Assembly: GCA_950097015.1 (NCBI GenBank)
Contig: CATNEN010000001.1
Coordinates: 16,120,001-16,184,000, forward strand
Origin: Macrostomum hystrix
Lineage: Eukaryota; Animalia; Platyhelminthes
Reading direction: 5' to 3'
Length of the DNA: 64,000 bases
The position numbers and the translations under genes are program-made. Shown piece after piece: positions 1-9,994 of this stretch (the first letter of the stretch is position 1; the number at the start of each line of letters is the position of its first letter). The notes beneath the pieces were generated by a model. The model was not told the DNA's origin, did not search any database, and saw only the letters and a program-made list of their open reading frames with translations.

Positions 1-935
1 CCAGATGAACTAGCTGTTCGTAAACTGAGCTATCTGAGGCTGGGTGCAGCAGCTCGATTCGTTGCAAGTCTTCATCGTCCAGGGTCCGATCAATGACAGA
101 CCTGAGCAGGCTGACAATCAGGTGCTGGTTGGACTGCAGGCTGCTGTCGCACTGAACCGCGCCAAGCCTAACACGGCCGCCAACCCACGTGGAGTAGGTC
201 GGGTAGAATATGATGCAGCCTAGAATAGAGTGCTCAGCCTCCGGCACCGCTTTGAGGCTGGAAACCTGGCGGAGAGGGACAGCGCTGTGTTACGTCACCT
301 GTTTCGTGTCTGTTGGTCATTCGTTACACCTGGGAAACCTGTAATCTGTTGGTCATTCGTTACACCTGGCAAACCTGTAATCTGTTGGTCATTCGTTACG
401 CCTGGGAAACCTGTAATCTGTTGGTCATTCGTTACACCTGGGAAACCTGTAATCTGTTGGTCATTCGTTACGCCTGGGAAACCTGTAATCTGTTGGTCAT
501 TCGTTACGCTTGGGAAACCTGTAATCTGTTGGTCATTCGTTACACATGGGAAACCTGTAATCTGTTCGTCATTCATTACACCTGGGAAACCTGTAATCTG
601 TTGGTCATTCGTTACAAATGGGAAGTCTGTAATCTGTTGGTCATTCGTTACAAATGGGAAACCTGTAATCTGTTGGTCATCCATCCTTCAATTTCGCCGA
701 TCCCTCACTAGCAACCAACCTGCAGACTGGTCCAATCCTGTCCAACATTCATTAGCTCATCAGCGCTAGCCACAGCAGCTACCTCACAGTGTGAGTCGCT
801 ATCAGACAGTTTGAGTTGCTGGCAATACTGCACCAGCAATTTGTGCAATTGTTCGGCGGTTTCAGTTCCATCTGTGTTCTGGTCACTATTAGATGTCATA
901 CGACCCAGAGCTGATACGGCTAGTTGGTATGACAT
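1..935 (-). CDS. Divergent diamine/spermidine N-acetyltransferase (SAT1/SAT2, GNAT)-like gene; 3' end beyond window. Exons 935-720 and 265-<1
   Basis: Exon 1 MSYQLAVSALG...WTSLQ (72 codons) ends CAG|GTTGGT. Acceptor CTCTCCGCCAG| at 266 continues in frame as VSSLKAVPEAEHSILGCIIFYPTYSTWVGGRVRL...; the G-x-x-x-F-Y-x-T-Y-S-T-W-x-G motif matches SAT-family GNATs. Confidence 0.65.
308..680. repeat. 36-bp minisatellite (~10 copies) filling intron 1 of the SAT-like gene
   Basis: Unit TGTTGGTCATTCGTTACACCTGGGAAACCTGTAATC in tandem. Confidence 0.97.
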
Positions 936-1091
936 GGCTGTAACTTTCGTGAACTCTCGTTGACTTCCAGATGTCGAAATTAAACCAGGACTGATAATTT
1001 TTGCTGAAAAATAAATTTGAGATTTGTTAAGCCTACAAAGCACTATATGCAGGGCATTAATTTAGACAGTGTTTAGAGCCCCTGGAAGGTG

Positions 1092-1861
1092 ACTGGCACA
1101 ATTCACTGGCACAGATGGTCTGGGGAACTGGCACAGATGGTCTGGGGAACTGGCACAGATGGTCTGGGGAACTGGCACAGATGGTCTGGGGAACTGGCAC
1201 AGATGGTCTGGGGAACTGGCACAGATGGTCTGGGGAACTGGCACAGATGGTCTGGGGAACTGGCACAGATGGTCTGGGGAACTGGCACATGTGGTCTGGG
1301 GAACTGGCACATGTGGTCTGGGGAACTGGCACAGATGGTCTGGTGAACTGGCACAGATGGTCTGGGGAACCGGCAGAGATGGTCTGGGGAACTGGCACAG
1401 ATGGTCTGGGGAACTGGCACAGATGGTCTGGGGAACTGGCACAGATGGTCTGGGGAACTGGCACAGATGGTCTGGGGAACTGGCACATGTGGTCTGGGGA
1501 ACTGGCACATGTGGTCTGGGGAACTGGCACAGATGGTCTGGTGAACTGGCACAGATGGTCTGGGGAACCGGCAGAGATGGTCTGGGGAACCGGCAGAGAT
1601 GGTCTGGGGAACTGGCACAGATGGTCTGGGGAACTGGCACAGATGGTCTGGGGAACTGGCACAGATGGTCTGGGGAACTGGCACAGATGGTCTGTGGAAC
1701 TGGCACAGATGGTCTGGGGAACTGGCACTGATGGTCTGGGGAACTGGCACTGATGGTCTGGGGAACTGGCACAGATGGTCTGGGGAACTGGCACAGATGG
1801 TCTGGGGAACTGGCACAGATGGTCTGGGGAACTGGCACAGATGGTCTGGGGAACTGGCACA
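1092..1861. repeat. 22-bp minisatellite (~35 copies)
   Basis: Unit ACTGGCACAGATGGTCTGGGGA with occasional 23-bp variants. Confidence 0.97.
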
Positions 1862-2269
1862 CCCCACTAGTGACTAATAATGGGATGAAATAATAAATGC
1901 AGGCACAAAGTATTTGAGAAAGTAATTTCCAGCTATTTCGCTTGTATATGCATATCTGGGTATAAAATGTAGCTAAAAGGACATTGTACAAGTGCAAAAC
2001 AAAACAAACAAAAAGTATTTAATCAGAAAGATACATCTGAAGCACAAGGCAAACGATAGTTTTGGACGGAATTCCTCACAGCATAAGTACACTGTAATGC
2101 ATTTGGAGCAGAAAATAACTAACTACACATAACTATTTAGAACAGCTGCAGAATCTCACTATCTTATTATAATCAAAGAAATTTATCAACATCGAATGTT
2201 AAAAAGAATTTCGATTTCTGAAACTAAGCCTTCTTATTCAGAAAAGAGCGCTTTAGAAAACAAACTGAC

Positions 2270-2858
2270 CTATGACTGACCTAAGACCCAGACGCAGACC
2301 TATACAAAGACTAATACAAAGACGCAGACACAGACAAATTCACTGACTTAATAGACAGACCAATACTCAAACCAATACACAGACAAATACAAAGACCAAT
2401 ACACAGATCAATACAAAGACCAATACACAGACCAATACAAAGACTAATACACAGACTTAATAGACAGACCAATACTCAAACCAATACACAGACCAATACA
2501 AAGACCAATACACAGATCAATACAAAGACCAATACACAGACCAATACACAGATCAATACAAAGACTAATACACAGACTTAATAGACAGACCAATACTCAA
2601 ACCAATACAAAGACCAATACAAAGACCAATACACAGACCAATACACAGACCAATACAAAGACCAATACACAGACCAATACAAAGACCAATACAAAGACCA
2701 ATACACAGACCAATACAAAGACCAATACACAGACCAATACACAGACCAATACAAAGACCAATACACAGACCAATACAAAGACCAATACAAAGACCAATAC
2801 ACAGACCAATACAAAGGCCAATACAAAGACTAATACACAGACTTAATAGACAGACTTA
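2270..2858. repeat. 12-bp minisatellite downstream of UBXN11
   Basis: Units ACCAATACACAG / ACCAATACAAAG. Confidence 0.95.
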
Positions 2859-2938
2859 ATTAACCGACCAACTCAAGGACTCATGGAAGTTAGTGTGTTC
2901 ATAACCAATGAGTGAGCAGCAGAACTCAAAGTCGTGTG

Positions 2939-5114
2939 CTACTTGGGTTTCTGCTTAACCAGCATCAGTGTGGCATTGGGAGCCAGTCCGCTCTGTTCCA
3001 CGGTAGCATTAGCCGTTGCCTTGTCGCCTTCTTTCAGAGTCGACCTAGGATAGGCATTGACTAAGGCGAACTCGTCAGCTGACTTGAGAGCGCCGCGGTC
3101 ACGCAACAGGTGAAACAGGGTGTCTATCGTTGCATCGAAAGGCAAGCGGATCATAAAGGTGCCACCGATGCCACCGCTATCGCCAAGATTGGAGGCGCGA
3201 ATCTTGACCGACGCAACGCGATCAACTGGCGTATCGCCGGCTGCGTCAATCAGCACTGTGGACTGCTGACGACTCGGCTGCGACCCCTGCAGCGTCTGAG
3301 CCACCGATTGACGAATGTCAACAACCTGGCCCGATCTGGCCACGACGGACGCGGGCAAGCGGGACAGAAACTGCTTGCGCTTCTGGTCATCATCCACAAC
3401 CCCACCCAGCACCCGACCCTGGCCAGCGAATCTGGCAGCCCCGGCGGGCAAGCTGGCGTCGAACTGAACTTCCCTCCGATCGGTGACTAGAAAAGCGACG
3501 CCGTCGGGGTATCGAGCCTGCAATTCGGCCGGGAAATAGCCGTCAAGTATGTCGGCGACAAACTGGCGCGTGTTGGGCTCGCTGTAGGATCGAAACGGCC
3601 CGTCCCACAGAGCCAGACCGTTGGCGTAAATGCACAATGGGATTGACGACTCAGACTGGCGGGCCAGTGTAGCGCCCGTGTCAGTTTTGGTCACTTTTAA
3701 CTCATCCTCGCCAAATAGACGATTGAGTTCAACGATGCATTCCAGGAATCGGTTGAAGAAACTCGGTCCTATTTCGATTCCGGCGCCGGATGAGTCCTCG
3801 GCTGTTGATTCCTCCGGCCTCCAGAATCTATCGGGATCCCAGCCCCAGGCCTCGTCGCCGCTGTCACCATCGTCCTCTTCGCCAACCCAAATCAGGCCGT
3901 AGTCGGCAAGGAAGTTCTCCATTTCGTGCACCTGCTTCTGCAGCTCTCGGCAGCGCGAGCGAAGCGAGTCAACTTCGCGAGAGCCGCCGTTGGCAGCCGC
4001 TGAAGCTGTGGTCAGTAGGCGAACCTGAATTCGGGAATTAAAGCTTTCTAGGCACACAAGCACTTTAGGCATTTTGACACTAGAGCGCATGTACAATTGT
4101 ACCGATGCTTTATTGCGAGGCAGTGCAAGATGGGTGGTTTAAACCCGCCACACTGTCATTAAACCAGAAGGGTGGTTCTGGCTCTCTCCTGGCCCCACAG
4201 GGACAGATGGGCGGGCAGCCAGAACTGTCGACAATTCCGTGCCGCAGTTATGCGCCCCGTCTCACAGGCTTAGGAACATCCTTCTGAGCCAAAACCGGAA
4301 GGAAATCCGCGCCCTCGCCATGACCCTCATGCTGAGCACTTTGTGTGTCACCGCCCTTTCTTTAACAGAGACCGGCTACGCTACCTCGGGCCCAACCCGT
4401 CTATGGACGATAACAGAGCCCAGCCCGACAGCATTCCACGGCAGTTGTAATCAATTATTCTGAGGGATCAAATTTGTGTGATTATATAAGGCTTCACACC
4501 AGCAATCAAACAGCTCCAACCTTGTCTTCCAGGACGTCGATTCGACGCTGCCGCCTGCTGATCTCTTCCCGCTGCTCCTTGCACAGTCGCTCCAGTGCGG
4601 CCACCCGGCTAACAGCGCTGGCCAGCAATGCTGCATCAGTGTGGCTACTGTTAGTAGTACTGCTATTGCCGATGCCTGCCCTAGCGCTTGGCGGTCGATC
4701 GCTGCCCCTGCTGCCCATTGTTGTTTCGCGTTGTTGGCGAAATCTAGACGGTACTGGGAGGGGAGCTCGGTGTTTTTGCTGTTGCTGCTGTTGTTGCTCC
4801 TGTTTTTGTCGATCTAATCGCAAACGACGCAAAACTTCATCGTCGAGAACTTCATTAGCTAGTCGGACCAATTCTGAGTCGTCATCGTCAGGCAGTTGAT
4901 GCAGTTGGTCTCCGGTGTCCCCGGCAATGTCAACTGACTCAGGCGACAGCGGCGACATTGGCGGCAGACGAGGCGAAGATCGTTTCGAAGCAGCACCGCT
5001 GGCAGCATCCGTAGCCGAGCTTCGATTCGCCGCCTTATCACTGGTATTGCCAGGACTTGAAGCTTTGAATGGAACACGCCGAGACTTATTCAAAGACGAC
5101 ATTGGACCGCTCAT
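2939..5114 (-). CDS. UBXN11: UBX domain-containing protein 11 (Socius); exons 5114-4521 and 4024-2939, ~559 aa
   Basis: N-terminus MSGPMSSLNKSRRVPF; coiled coil ending QVHEMENFLADYGLIWVG; SEP domain YANGLALWDGPFRSY...DILDGYFPAELQARYPDGV; C-terminal UBX (AYPR...SGLAPNATL). In-frame splice AAG|GT...CAG|GTT. Confidence 0.92.
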
Positions 5115-5267
5115 TTCTGCATTCGGTATTTGTTGAACTGCAATAAGTTCATTGTTGATTGTCAGTTCTGTTTAGTTTCACATTTCATAATTTGCGGTCT
5201 AATGTACATTATTTTATCATAAAAAAGAACGATAATCCATTGATAATATAAAAAAATAACTGCAGGA

Positions 5268-5540
5268 GGGCAGATGGCGACACTAGACCCGCAGCAATTC
5301 TGCCTATTTCGCTGGCTCCTGAGCACACACGCACACAGATACTGTACGCAGGCACACGCTCACACAGGCGTGTACATCTGCCCTGACTTTCTCATCGTCA
5401 GGCAGTGTACACTTCACTGTGCCGTGGAGGTTGGCCCTCAAGGGCGTAAACTGCACGACAAGCCCCCAAGCCTTCTCTCCGCGGCTGCGCCCCAAATAAA
5501 TGTGGCCTCGCCGTGGAATCGAACACCGCTCTGCCCAAAC
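5268..5540 (-). mobile_element. tRNA-derived SINE, family A
   Basis: Highly similar to 46560-46885. Minus strand begins with A/B-box-like GGCAGAGCGG...GTTCGATTCC. Confidence 0.75.
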
Positions 5541-5569
5541 GATAAGCCACAACCATCTATAATCAGCCC

Positions 5570-5715
5570 AACTAATGCTGGTAGGAATTTAACGGCTCTG
5601 TAAATCGAAGCAATGCAGAGTTAAGTGTCTTGCTAAAGGACACAAATTTGTTCCATTGGAGCTCGGAATCGAACCCCCCGACCTTAAAGTCATGAGTCTG
5701 ACGCTCGAAACGCCT
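5570..5715 (-). mobile_element. tRNA-derived SINE, family B (CORE/Meta-like), 5' fragment
   Basis: Minus strand GAGCGTCAGACTC...GGTTCGATTCC...GTGTCCTTTAGCAAGACACTTAACTCTGCATTGCTTC; shared with 56290 and 57230 copies. Confidence 0.75.
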
Positions 5716-5916
5716 AGAAAATGATAGCGATATAAAAAATAATAAAACTGACAAAATTGTTGATGTAGAGCTCTGTAACTATTTTCTTCATCAATTATCT
5801 ATATATTTACATTCGTAATAAACAAATGATTAACAACTGATAGCATTGCGTACAGTGAAGTGAGCTGGAAATTCGGCAGACTGAATAGATGCCAAACCAA
5901 TGCGTCACAGAACAGC

Positions 5917-6357
5917 TTAGGCCGAATCATCTAGCAAGCCAGCCTCGGCCAGTACACCCGTCATGTGATCATCGATAGCGGCCTGCAGACTGAGCAGTCG
6001 TTCGGCGATGGCCGCCCTGCTAGCAGGCGTGTGCGGGCCAGCTTGGGCGAATCGGTTCTTCCATTGGCTGATAGCCGCACTGGCAGCGTCGAATGCGGCC
6101 TCGGTGGCTGCAATCTGGTCACGAAGCGCCTGCTGCTCGAGCTCCAGCTCTGCCGCGGTTGAGCTACCAGTCGCCAAGAAGCGAATCTGTTCCAGGCGCT
6201 CCAGGGTGCTCAGCTTCAGCTTCATCGCCAGCCTAGCCTGCTCAGTCGAGTGCTGGTCGCGCAGAGCTGCTTCGGCGCTAGAGTCCAACTGGATGTTGCA
6301 ATTTTCCTGCGCGCATTTGCGACACAACCGTTTGGCTGGCGTTGGCGACAGTGACAT
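5917..6357 (-). CDS. Uncharacterised 146-aa Ala/Leu/Glu-rich coiled-coil protein
   Basis: GC-rich uninterrupted ORF with coding-like composition, acceptor TTTTTCATTGTCAG| 13 nt before ATG, heptad-like helical sequence; no family recognised. Confidence 0.7.
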   Translation of the reverse strand: MSLSPTPAKRLCRKCAQENCNIQLDSSAEAALRDQHSTEQARLAMKLKLSTLERLEQIRFLATGSSTAAELELEQQALRDQIAATEAAFDAASAAISQWKNRFAQAGPHTPASRAAIAERLLSLQAAIDDHMTGVLAEAGLLDDSA

Positions 6358-6408
6358 TGCCGATTGAAATCTGACAATGAAAAAGTCAGGGCTGATGTTC
6401 TACACACC

Positions 6409-8764
6409 TCAGGCAGAGTTCTAAGAATCTGATGGGTCAGGCAGAGTTCTAAGAGTCTGATGGGTCAGGCAGAGTTCTAAGAGTCTGATGGGTCAGGCAG
6501 AGTTCTAAGAATCTGATGGGTCAGACAGAGTTCTAAGAATCTGATGGGTCAGGCAGAGTTCTAAGAGTCTGATGGGTCAGGCAGAGTTCTAAGAATCTGA
6601 TGGGTCAGACAGAGTTCTAAGAATCTGATGGGTCAGGCAGAGTTCTAAGAATCTGATGGGTCAGGCAAAATCTAAGAATCTGATGGGTCAGGCAGAGTTC
6701 TAAGAATCTGATGGGTCAGGCAGAGTTCTAAGAATCTGATGGGTCAGGCAGAGTTCTAAGAATCTGATGGGTCAGGCAGAGTTCTAAGAATCTGATGGGC
6801 CAGGCAGAGTTCTAAGAATCTGATGGGTCAGGCAGAGTTCTAAGAATCTGATGGGTCAGACAGAGTTCTAAGAATCTGATGGGTCAGGCAGAGTTCTAAG
6901 AATCTGATGGGTCAGGCAGAGTTCTAAGAATCTGATGGGTCAGGCAGAGTTCTAAGAATCTGATGGGCCAGGCAGAGTTCTAAGAATCTGATGGGTCAGG
7001 CAGAGTTCTAAGAATCTGATGGGCCAGGCAGAGTTCTAAGAATCTGATGGGTCAGGCAGAGTTCTAAGAATCTGATGGGCCAGGCAGAGTTCTAAGAATC
7101 TGATGGGTCAGGCAGAGTTCTAAGAATCTGATGGGTCAGGCAGAGTTCTAAGAATCTGATGGGCCAGGCAGAGTTCTAAGAATCTGATGGGTCAGGCAGA
7201 GTTCTAAAATTCTGATAGGTCAGGCAGAGTTCTAAAATTCTGATAGGTCAGGCAGAGTTCTAAGAATCTGATAGGTCAGGCAGAGTTCTAAGAATCTGAT
7301 GGGTCAGGCAGAGTTCTAAGAATCTGATGGGTCAGGCAGAGTTCTAAGAATCTGATGGGCCAGGCAGAGTTCTAAGAATCTGATAGGTCAGGCAGAGTTC
7401 TAAGAATCTGATGGGTCAGACAGAGTTCTAAGAATCTGATGGGTCAGGCAGAGTTCTAAGAATCTGATGGGTCAGGCAGAGTTCTAAGAATCTGATGGGT
7501 CAGGCAGAGTTGTAAGAATCTGATGGGTCAGGCAGAGTTCTATGAATCTGATGGGTCAGACAGAGTTCTAAGAATCTGATGGGTCAGACAGAGTTCTAAG
7601 AATCTGATGGGTCAGACAGAGTTCTAAGAATCTGATGTGTCAGGCAGAGTTCTAAGAATCTGATGGGTCAGGCAGAGTTCTAAGAATCTGATGGGTCAGG
7701 CAGAGTTCTAAGAATCTGATGGGTCAGGCAGAGTTCTAAAAATCTGATGGGTCAGGCAGAGTTCTAAGAATCTGATGGGTCAGGCAGAGTTCTAAGAATC
7801 TGATGGGTCAGGCAGAGTTCTAAGAATCTGATGGGTCAGACAGAGTTCTAAGAATCTGATGGGTCAGACAGAGTTCTAAGAATCTGATGGGTCAGGCAGA
7901 GTTCTAATTATCTGATCAGTCAGGCAGAGTTCTAAGAATCTGATGGGTCAGGCAGAGTTCTAAGAATCTGATGGGTCAGGCAGAGTTCTAAGAATCTGAT
8001 GGGTCAGACAGAGTTCTAAGAATCTGATGGGTCAGACAGAGTTCTAAGAATCTGATGGGTCAGGCAGAGTTCTAAGAATCTGATGGGTCAGGCAGAGTTC
8101 TAAGAATCTGATGGGTCAGGCAGAGTTCTAAGAATCTGATGGGTCAGACAGAGTTCTAAGAATCTGATGGGTCAGGCAGAGTTCTAAGAATCTGATGGGT
8201 CAGGCAGAGTTCTAAGAATCTGATGTGTCAGGCAGAGTTCTAAGAATCTGATGGGTCAGGCAGAGTTCTAAGAATCTGATGGGTCAGGCAGAGTTCTAAG
8301 AATCTGATGGGTCAGGCAGAGTTCTAAGAATCTGATGGGTCAGGCAGAGTTCTAAGAATCTGATGGGTCAGGCAGAGTTCTAAGAATCTGATGGGTCAGG
8401 CAGAGTTCTAAGAATCTGATGGGTCAGACAGAGTTCTAAGAATCTGATGGGTCAGACAGAGTTCTAAGAATCTGATGGGTCAGGCAGAGTTCTAATTATC
8501 TGATCAGTCAGGCAGAGTTCTAAGAATCTGATGGGTCAGGCAGAGTTCTAAGAATCTGATGGGTCAGGCAGAGTTCTAAGAATCTGATGGGTCAGACAGA
8601 GTTCTAAGAATCTGATGGGTCAGACAGAGTTCTAAGAATCTGATGGGTCAGGCAGAGTTCTAATTATCTGATCAGTCAGGCAGAGTTCTAAGAATCTGAT
8701 GGGTCAGACAGAGTTCTAAAATTCTGATGGGTCAGGCAGAGTTCTAATTATCTGATCAGTCAGA
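6409..8764. repeat. 28-bp minisatellite (~84 copies)
   Basis: Unit TCAGGCAGAGTTCTAAGAATCTGATGGG. Confidence 0.98.
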
Positions 8765-8952
8765 GTACATAACAATAACATGAATAACAAAGCGAAAGCA
8801 CAGCATCCAGTAAAAAGGTGACAGTCAAGTAAGCTTATATTTTTAACAAAAGGTTACTTTGAAAATGCTTCTTCAGTAGCTTTTTTGTCAAATCAGATCC
8901 AAAAATGCAGCGTGATTTCATCAATGAGCATTGCTCAACTTAGCAACGTCAT

Positions 8953-9994
8953 TCATTCAGTTTCCATAGGTTCAGTTATGGCCTCAGTGGCAGACTGACG
9001 AATGTCGTCGCCCTGCTCCATGCCTGTTGATTTCTTATCGCCGGAATGACGAGTCGACGAAACACGTGGAAACGACATTGGTGGACGCTTTCTAAAGTGA
9101 GTTTTTTTAATGCGATCAAGTCTACTCATAGTAGAAATACAAGTATTTAGCGATGAAATGAATTCGTCAACGCACCGGATAGCATCTTGTTGACGACTTG
9201 TTGGCGACTCTTTAGTTGGCGGGAAGAAACGAAAGCTGGCAACAAATTTGTGATCCTTAATAGCGTGCTCTTTGGCCGCAGTTGGGCTGGCGAATTTCTC
9301 ATCGCAGACTGGCAAAACGCAGGAGAACTGCCGAGAAAAAAAGGTCAATGAAAGAACGGTTTAAAAATGAAGGATTTAGTTGATGACCACGAGGGATAAT
9401 GTTATTTATAAAGTTATATATATATATGGGACTTAAAAAGGGCCGTTTTAAAAGTACACAAAGTTAGAGTTTTCAGATGTATATTTTATGCACGCTACTG
9501 TAAGTAGTGCCGCCCGTTATATAAAAGTAGGAACAAGAAAAGGAATAAAAGTCCAACGCTTTTTAACAAACAGTGTTAAAGGAAAAAAGGAGAAGGCAGC
9601 CTGTGACTGACCATTTTGCACAGAGGCCCAGAGTGAGCCGCTTCGATGTGGCAGTCCAACAGGCGCTGATTTGGAAATGCCTGTCTGCAGGCTTCGCAGG
9701 CGAACCGATGGCAAAGGCTATAGTGCAGCTCCGATTCCTCCAGACAGCGGAATGGAGTCAGCTGACTGCTGCAGCCTCCGGCCTGACAGCGTGCACCGCC
9801 AAGGAGGCTGTCATCGTTTTAGGGAGTGGGTCAGTGGGCTAGATAGGAGGACGGGGGTTTAATCTAAGGCTAGCAACAACAGAAATATTGCTAGAACAAA
9901 CAAACCTGTTATTGAAAATGTCATTGATGTCTTCAGTATTTGCATCAATAGCCTTATCTAGGCAAAGAGCATCAGCATTTCCAAAAACTATCAT
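8953..9994 (-). CDS. ZNF511: Zinc finger protein 511-like; exons 9994-9906, 9807-9612, 9327-8953
   Basis: Spliced translation CQAGGC...ELHYSLCHRFACEACRQAFPNQRLLDCHIEAAH...M|FSCVLPVCDEKF...KEHAIKDHKFVASFRF has the three-C2H2 plus FRF pattern of ZNF511. Phases are consistent (AG|C, ATG|TTC). The middle exon is absent from the ORF track. Confidence 0.85.

Noticed and set aside
230-1997. Many overlapping repetitive ORFs in all frames
   Set aside because: Products of 36-bp and 22-bp minisatellites lacking stops; one array lies in a GT-AG intron of a real gene.
4098-4452. Possible solo LTR in the UBXN11 intron (TG...AATAAA...CA on minus strand)
   Set aside because: No convincing target-site duplication or second copy in the window.
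6409-8764. 28-bp repeats of CRISPR-like length
   Set aside because: Contiguous tandem units with no unique spacers, no cas genes, eukaryotic context; the same applies to all arrays here.
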